Assembly: GCA_965233865.1 (NCBI GenBank)
Contig: OZ247587.1
Span: 288,001 to 352,000 of the forward strand
DNA length: 64,000 nt
DNA from: Candidatus Neptunichlamydia sp.
Lineage (GTDB): Bacteria > Chlamydiota > Chlamydiia > Chlamydiales > Simkaniaceae
Direction: 5' to 3'
The notes under the pieces were generated by a model that had not been told where the DNA came from, made no database searches, and saw only the letters and a program-made list of their open reading frames with translations. This document shows, piece after piece, positions 58,588 through 64,000 of this stretch. Made by a program: the position numbers and the translations under genes. How positions within the stretch are numbered: position 1 is the stretch's first letter; the number at the start of each line of letters is the position of its first letter.

Positions 58588-59910
58588 TTACGACAACGCG
58601 TGCGCCTTTGAAGGTTCTTCGGGGCTTTGCTTCTCTGATCTGTGATTTTCTTTTACAAAGAAGGCAAGGATAAAGGAGAGAAAAAGGGAGATGGGGAGAA
58701 CCGAGAGGGCTACAGCATAATCGTTGTGGGCATAGGTATTGAGCTTATTGATAGGCTCGCAATTGCAAGACCATTTCAAAAGGAATCCAATAAGAGGCTG
58801 GTAGAGAGGGGCACCAAATATAATGCAAAGCATATTAGTAAACCCCATGGCCACACCCTTCGTAGAAGGGTCCACACAGGTATCTGTAAGAGCAAAAGAA
58901 AGGGCGTAAGAACTCAAGAAAAAGCCAAAGACAAACATTAGAGCAAACATTGTCCCTAGTGGAATATAGGGCATATAGATCATAGCGATGCTTAAAAAAA
59001 ATGAAATAAGTGAGCCCCAAATCATGATGGGGCGACGACGGGTGATATAGACAGAGACCCAGCCAAGAGTTAGGGTTCCAAAACAAGCCCCTAGGAAAAC
59101 CGTTGAAGCGAGCATTGCGGAAGAATCTATTGAAATAGAGTATCTCTTAGCAAAATATGGAACTCCCCAAAGAGCAGCAAAAGCAGGAAAGATTCCAAAA
59201 ACAAGTCCCCCATAAACACCATTAACCCATAGATTTTTGATTGCCAAAACACTGAGGGTGCTCTTCCAAGTTTTTTTGCACATTTCTCGAAAGTTTATCC
59301 CGTTGTGAAGAGGCTGGTCATGTCTAGGGAAGTCATGGATAATAAAAAGGGAGATAAAGGTTAAGAGGAGGCCGATAACGGCTACAGCTATCATTGTCTC
59401 GCGCCATCCAAAGGTAACGACCGCTTTCGCAAGCCCCCCTTCTCCAATCACTCCGCCAGCGAGAGCTAAAAACTCTGTAAGAGCGACGATGAGAGTAAAT
59501 AGGGCCGGCTTAAACCATCTAGCACCGAGGCAAAAAGCGCAGATAATTGCGGGGGCTGTGAAAAAACCCATGAGCATTCGACTTATTTGACCCTCCCAAA
59601 ATGCATGTGAATACGCAAACCATCCAGTAGCAATCGAGCAAAAAAGGAAGCTAATTTTTAAGATGCGGCGGGGACCCCATAGGTCTACGATCATTCCTGC
59701 AGGGATTTGCATGATAATGTAGGTATAAAAAAAACTGGAGGTTAAGACTCCAATTTTGATAACATCGATTTGGTAGGTTTTCATAAGTTGAGGAATCATG
59801 ATACTTGGTGTTCCTTGCAGGAGAAAGGCATAGAGGCCAAAAATAGCCGCTAGTCCCCAGACAAGCCAAGGCATTAGGCGAGATCTGTGTAAAACATCCA
59901 TCAACTTCAT
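58588..59910 (-). CDS. MFS transporter (Pht-like), paralog of the convergent neighbour
   Basis: QGTPSIM, FFYTYIIMQIPAGMIVDLWGPR, FAALWGVPY; ~12 TM helices. Confidence 0.9.
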   Translation of the reverse strand: MKLMDVLHRSRLMPWLVWGLAAIFGLYAFLLQGTPSIMIPQLMKTYQIDVIKIGVLTSSFFYTYIIMQIPAGMIVDLWGPRRILKISFLFCSIATGWFAYSHAFWEGQISRMLMGFFTAPAIICAFCLGARWFKPALFTLIVALTEFLALAGGVIGEGGLAKAVVTFGWRETMIAVAVIGLLLTFISLFIIHDFPRHDQPLHNGINFREMCKKTWKSTLSVLAIKNLWVNGVYGGLVFGIFPAFAALWGVPYFAKRYSISIDSSAMLASTVFLGACFGTLTLGWVSVYITRRRPIMIWGSLISFFLSIAMIYMPYIPLGTMFALMFVFGFFLSSYALSFALTDTCVDPSTKGVAMGFTNMLCIIFGAPLYQPLIGFLLKWSCNCEPINKLNTYAHNDYAVALSVLPISLFLSFILAFFVKENHRSEKQSPEEPSKAHALS

Positions 59911-59949
59911 CAGGTCATGATATGAAGTTGATGGATTATAAGCTATAAA

Positions 59950-62900
59950 TTAGAGTAGTTCAAAACCACCCATGACGGTCTCTCTTGAGCCAGATGAAAC
60001 CCTTTTGAAGGGATTGGACGAGGACTTCCCTCTCTCATATACTCTATACTCTCGAATTCCTTCGCGAAGGGCAGCGGTGAAGACACTTGGGTCTCTATAC
60101 AGCGAGATCATCCCTTCAAAGCGGGGTCCTAAGCGACTCTTCACATATTCTCTAACAACTGGAGAAAGGTTCTCAGCTCCCCATTTTACAAATGCTTTGG
60201 ATTTCTCAGAGAGATGATCCATCACCGTTTTCCCCTGAGTTTTGACGTTGTAGCGAATCGCAACAAGGGTATTCTCTTCTTTGCGCATCACGTATGCTAA
60301 ATGTTGGAGACATTTCTTGATTTCAAGAAGGTTTCCTGCAGCTATCTTGCTTGAAAGAGGACGTAAATTGAGGTTTACAAGTCGCGAGACCATCCGCTCA
60401 AACATTTGAATTTGGAGATTACTACGATTGTCTCTTCCTTTGCGCCCCTTCATTTCTGCTAGTTGAATTTGCAGCTGGTTTAAGAAAAGAGCATGTTTCT
60501 TTTTCAACCCTTCAATATCGCCGCAATGTGCTAAGACTTGCATTTTCTCGATATAGGACGTTTCACTTTGCATAGTTTGCGTGAGCTGCACGTGAGGAAG
60601 TAATTGATTTTCAAGGAAAGTTGTCAATCCAAGAATCGTATCTTGCGGAGTCTTCAAAATAGAGTCGACTTGTTCTTTTACGACTTTTTCCACGGTATTG
60701 TGAAGAATACGACCGAGCACATCTTGAAGCTCCTGCTCTCTTGAAGCATAGAGCTTTTGGAGTGCAACATCAATATCACGCTTAATAATTTGTGTAGGGG
60801 CTTTCCCACGTTTTCTTGCAAAATCTTCTTCAAGGGCTGCAATTGTTTCTGGCTGGGCAGAGTTAGCACCAAGGGCTGTTTGTTCTTCTTCAGAATAAAA
60901 TTCCCAAAGGCGACCGAGATCATTAGGTTTCATCGATTGAGTTGCTTGATCTAAAACTTGGAAAAATAAGTTATTCACGCTTTGTTCTGTTCGGATCAAC
61001 TCGTAAGAGAAGATGATGATATCGCGCATAATGTCTTTTAAAGCATTATCAGACATTCCATTAAAGGAGTCCACAAGCTCAGCAAGAAGATTATCTCGTC
61101 GACGTTGTTTTCCAGGAGTCAACTGCATTCGGTCATCAATTAACCTAAAGAGATTGGAAACAAGCTCTGAAACAAGGAGTTTTTCATTGCTTCCTGCAAG
61201 AAGTTGTGCGCCACCGCCTTCTTCGTTTTCTAGAAGTTTTTCGACTGCCTTTAATTGATCAAGGAGGATTTTATCAAAGACATTGGTATACTTACTATCG
61301 CTATAAACCGAGTCGCGGACGCTATCGAGCGTTGAGTTGATTAGATCTAGCTGACTAATGAGCATTGAAGCACCAACTCGAGTGCCCCAAACCGTTACTG
61401 CATACCCTAAGAAAAATGGTAGAGTTACGATTGCAAGCATCCCATGTCCTGCAAGAGAGACTATAGTTTTGAAAAATCGACTGACAGGGTTGTTACCTGT
61501 TTCTGAGTAAACAGTAAGGGAGGCTTTCCATCCTTTAAAAAAATCTCCGTAAGAGTTGTAGGTTAAGAAATGATTTAGAGCTTTATCGACAACTCCTTTA
61601 AAAAGCTTTTCAGTTGAGATTCCATCACTGTTTTCAATAATTTCAAAAATCTTTTTTTGCTTGTCGGAGGTTCCCAATGCTCCAGTGGTATCAGATCTCC
61701 ACTGATCTTCAGAATAGAGAAGCGCAAGCATTGCATTGTTTGCTGCTCGAACAGGACCCATGTGATTGTTTGTCAAAGGATCATTAATCGGATCGAGCAT
61801 CATTGCTTGAAGGTGCCCTGTGATCGAATTTGCAAATTGTCTTGAGAAATACTCCACTAAGCTAACAGTAAACGAGCAAAGCTTTTTCCCCATCCATTTA
61901 TCAAAGAAGCCAAGTTCACCTTTAACATCGATTTTATCATTGAGTAGAGATAAAAATAACGTTTTTCTTGCTTCAAGATCTTCGATTCCTTCAAGCCTTG
62001 TATAGAAGGCTTTATACCGTCTCTGAACAGCTTCTTCTTTTGCTTCAGCTCCTGTATAACCGCAATATTTATCGACAACTTGGAAGGCTGAAAAGAATGT
62101 CAAACTTTCAACAAGAGCGGCTTTTTTATCCTCAACCATCTGTTCGGTGCGAATATCTGGAACCGACGCTGCAACTTCTTCAGTGTTTTTAGTAAAGCTT
62201 AAAGCAAGCTCTCCGACAACTGATTGAGGATCTTCTTCCTGGTTCCCTCTAACAGCTAAATGAGCAACAGGTCCCGACTCATAGAGAGTATTGAGCTCCT
62301 TCAATGCGCCCTCTAAATTTCCTGATCTTAGTTTTTTATTAGACTCTATTAGAGTTGCTTCAACTTCTCCTGCTTGCTTGGGATGGAGATCGCTTCTAAC
62401 CAGTTTATAGGTTGCTTCACCGAAAGCTGCGATTTGTTCAACCATTGACTCAACCATCCGACTTGCCTCAGGGATACTTCGGACCGAAGAAAGATACGAA
62501 AGGGTGCGATCAATCTTTTCAGAGATCTCTGAAAGGGTCGTGTCCTCCCCAATAGCAAGAGAATCTCCAAGTACAGTGACTTTATCGAGGTCGAGCACAT
62601 AATCAACAGCTTGCCACAGAAGCTTTCGTTGAGCTGGGGTATCAAGAGGGCCTTCAAGAACACTTTTTCCAAAATCATGTTGATCTTTTCCTTCATAGGA
62701 AGTCCCGTAGTTTCTTGAGGCAAAATCATAAATTGCTTGGTAAATGAATTGTCTGTATCTAGGTTTCACTGAGGAATCTCTCAGCTTTTCTACTATATAA
62801 TCCGTGACTAATAGGTCAATTGAGGTCAATAGTGGGGATTTTAGATCCTGTTTTTCATTAATATATTTCGGGAATTCAGCAAAAAACGGGTTAGACTTTG

Positions 62901-63651
62901 CAAGAGTTTTGATGTCCTCACTTAATCGGTTTTTAGCTAAATAGGCTGGAATATATGGGTCAGTCTTGAATTCTCCGATATCAGCTAAAAGCTTCATTAA
63001 AGGCGAAGCGGGTGAATGGGCCACTTTTTTTGGAGTATGAACACCTATAATATCGTCGCGTATATCCTTAGCTTTATTTACGGCAGCGTTTCCAATCGCA
63101 TCTGCCATTTTATTGGCACATCCCTTTTGCGCCTTGATTGTGTGGTTGATGAATTGAACGGCATTATTAAGAGGACTACCCATATTTGAGAGGTCATACC
63201 CCTGAGCCGAGGTGGCCTCACGTTGCAACTGTGTCAGCTCTGCATTCAGGTTGTAGAGAGGCTTCAAATAGTTTTTCCAACGTGCAGATCTTTGCCAAGG
63301 CCATGAGATATTATCTCGAGAGAAAAAGCGAGACCATCCTTGGAAATTGCTATAGTAACTGCTTTCATTTTCTAGAAGAGGCTTCAACTTTTCTTGGACA
63401 TGCTTTGCTGTGGCAAGGATTTCTTGAACATCCTTACCTTTGTAGGCGGTTTCAAGATAACCTAGTGCTTTATGGAAATCTTTAATCTGCGGAGTTTCAC
63501 TGCCGGTAAAGTGCAATAGCTCTGTCACATAGGGGAGTGCCCCAATAATCTTAAAACCAGCATAGAATCCATTTGCGGCTCCAACAAGTGGAATCCCAGC
63601 TTCTATAAGAGAATTACCGAGCGGAATCATAACACCAACCTTCTTTTTCAT
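59950..63651 (-). CDS. 1233-aa hypothetical helical protein with internal hydrophobic hairpin (effector/Inc-like)
   Basis: Long intact ORF; hydrophobic stretch FFKTIVSLAGHGMLAIVTLPFFLGYAVTVWG…GASMLIS; start may be 63630. Confidence 0.75.
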   Translation of the reverse strand: MKKKVGVMIPLGNSLIEAGIPLVGAANGFYAGFKIIGALPYVTELLHFTGSETPQIKDFHKALGYLETAYKGKDVQEILATAKHVQEKLKPLLENESSYYSNFQGWSRFFSRDNISWPWQRSARWKNYLKPLYNLNAELTQLQREATSAQGYDLSNMGSPLNNAVQFINHTIKAQKGCANKMADAIGNAAVNKAKDIRDDIIGVHTPKKVAHSPASPLMKLLADIGEFKTDPYIPAYLAKNRLSEDIKTLAKSNPFFAEFPKYINEKQDLKSPLLTSIDLLVTDYIVEKLRDSSVKPRYRQFIYQAIYDFASRNYGTSYEGKDQHDFGKSVLEGPLDTPAQRKLLWQAVDYVLDLDKVTVLGDSLAIGEDTTLSEISEKIDRTLSYLSSVRSIPEASRMVESMVEQIAAFGEATYKLVRSDLHPKQAGEVEATLIESNKKLRSGNLEGALKELNTLYESGPVAHLAVRGNQEEDPQSVVGELALSFTKNTEEVAASVPDIRTEQMVEDKKAALVESLTFFSAFQVVDKYCGYTGAEAKEEAVQRRYKAFYTRLEGIEDLEARKTLFLSLLNDKIDVKGELGFFDKWMGKKLCSFTVSLVEYFSRQFANSITGHLQAMMLDPINDPLTNNHMGPVRAANNAMLALLYSEDQWRSDTTGALGTSDKQKKIFEIIENSDGISTEKLFKGVVDKALNHFLTYNSYGDFFKGWKASLTVYSETGNNPVSRFFKTIVSLAGHGMLAIVTLPFFLGYAVTVWGTRVGASMLISQLDLINSTLDSVRDSVYSDSKYTNVFDKILLDQLKAVEKLLENEEGGGAQLLAGSNEKLLVSELVSNLFRLIDDRMQLTPGKQRRRDNLLAELVDSFNGMSDNALKDIMRDIIIFSYELIRTEQSVNNLFFQVLDQATQSMKPNDLGRLWEFYSEEEQTALGANSAQPETIAALEEDFARKRGKAPTQIIKRDIDVALQKLYASREQELQDVLGRILHNTVEKVVKEQVDSILKTPQDTILGLTTFLENQLLPHVQLTQTMQSETSYIEKMQVLAHCGDIEGLKKKHALFLNQLQIQLAEMKGRKGRDNRSNLQIQMFERMVSRLVNLNLRPLSSKIAAGNLLEIKKCLQHLAYVMRKEENTLVAIRYNVKTQGKTVMDHLSEKSKAFVKWGAENLSPVVREYVKSRLGPRFEGMISLYRDPSVFTAALREGIREYRVYERGKSSSNPFKRVSSGSRETVMGGFELL

Positions 63652-63773
63652 TAGAAAAATATAATTATAACACTTTTTATATTAATTGTATTGTAAATAA
63701 TTTATTATTATGTTTATTAATAATATTAAAATTTTAAATATTATATTTAAAATTTTTTATATAAAATAAAGAT

Positions 63774-64000
63774 ATGAGTAATAATAAGAAATTTATTGAA
63801 TTCACCGAGGAAGAGCTCCGACTCCTTCAAAAAGGAGGAGATATTGAACCTTGGCAGAAATGGGGTCCCTATGTATCTGATAGAGAGTGGGGTACGGTTA
63901 GAGAAGACTACAGCAAAGATGGAAATGCCTGGGATCATTTCACCTACGAAATGGCTCCTTATCGTGCCTATAGGTGGGGAGAAGATGGGATCGCAGGAAT
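63774..64000 (+). CDS. N-terminus of a GH63/MGH1-like glucosidase (runs off window edge)
   Basis: Hand translation MSNNKKF…[30 protein letters not shown]…[12 protein letters not shown] matches the conserved [15 protein letters not shown] / [12 protein letters not shown] signature. Confidence 0.85.
   Translation, partial: MSNNKKFIEFTEEELRLLQKGGDIEPWQKWGPYVSDREWGTVREDYSKDGNAWDHFTYEMAPYRAYRWGEDGIAG

Noticed and set aside
1..64000. CRISPR array, rRNA or prophage structural genes
   Set aside because: No regularly spaced repeats, rRNA-like sequence or capsid/terminase motifs were seen by eye.

Overview
This 64-kb window comes from an environmental Chlamydiae genome, most plausibly Simkaniaceae-like. 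The support is the PVC small basic protein, a DUF1207 protein, a HEAT-repeat/LptD-like pair, the DUF502-ybeY-CBS-DUF3604 block and folD-apbE. Bases 1-14.3 kb are a decaying accessory region around a tRNA-CAT (probably Ile2). It holds a truncated tyrosine integrase, an IS5-family element with exact 18-bp IRs and a TA duplication, an IS1 remnant and an ankyrin protein. It also holds a ~8-kb, apparently Sec-exported Rhs toxin gene (signal peptide, helical region, degenerate transglutaminase-like domain, DUF6531, YD repeats, alpha/beta-hydrolase tip) broken into three ORFs and followed by a lipoprotein immunity candidate. At 17.4-19.9 kb a ~352-bp, ~93%-identical copy of the 3' end of the LptD-like gene brackets a small islet that includes a gene frameshifted by a (GAAA)4 tract. 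The rest is chlamydial core genes interleaved with effector-like ORFs: a lipase-like protein, a 4088-aa DUF3638/helicase-like giant and a 1233-aa orphan. Several probable small genes fall below the ORF-track cut-off, including an OmcA-like Cys-rich lipoprotein and a TM+CxxC/CxxC protein. Family names come from motif recognition only; no database searches were run.
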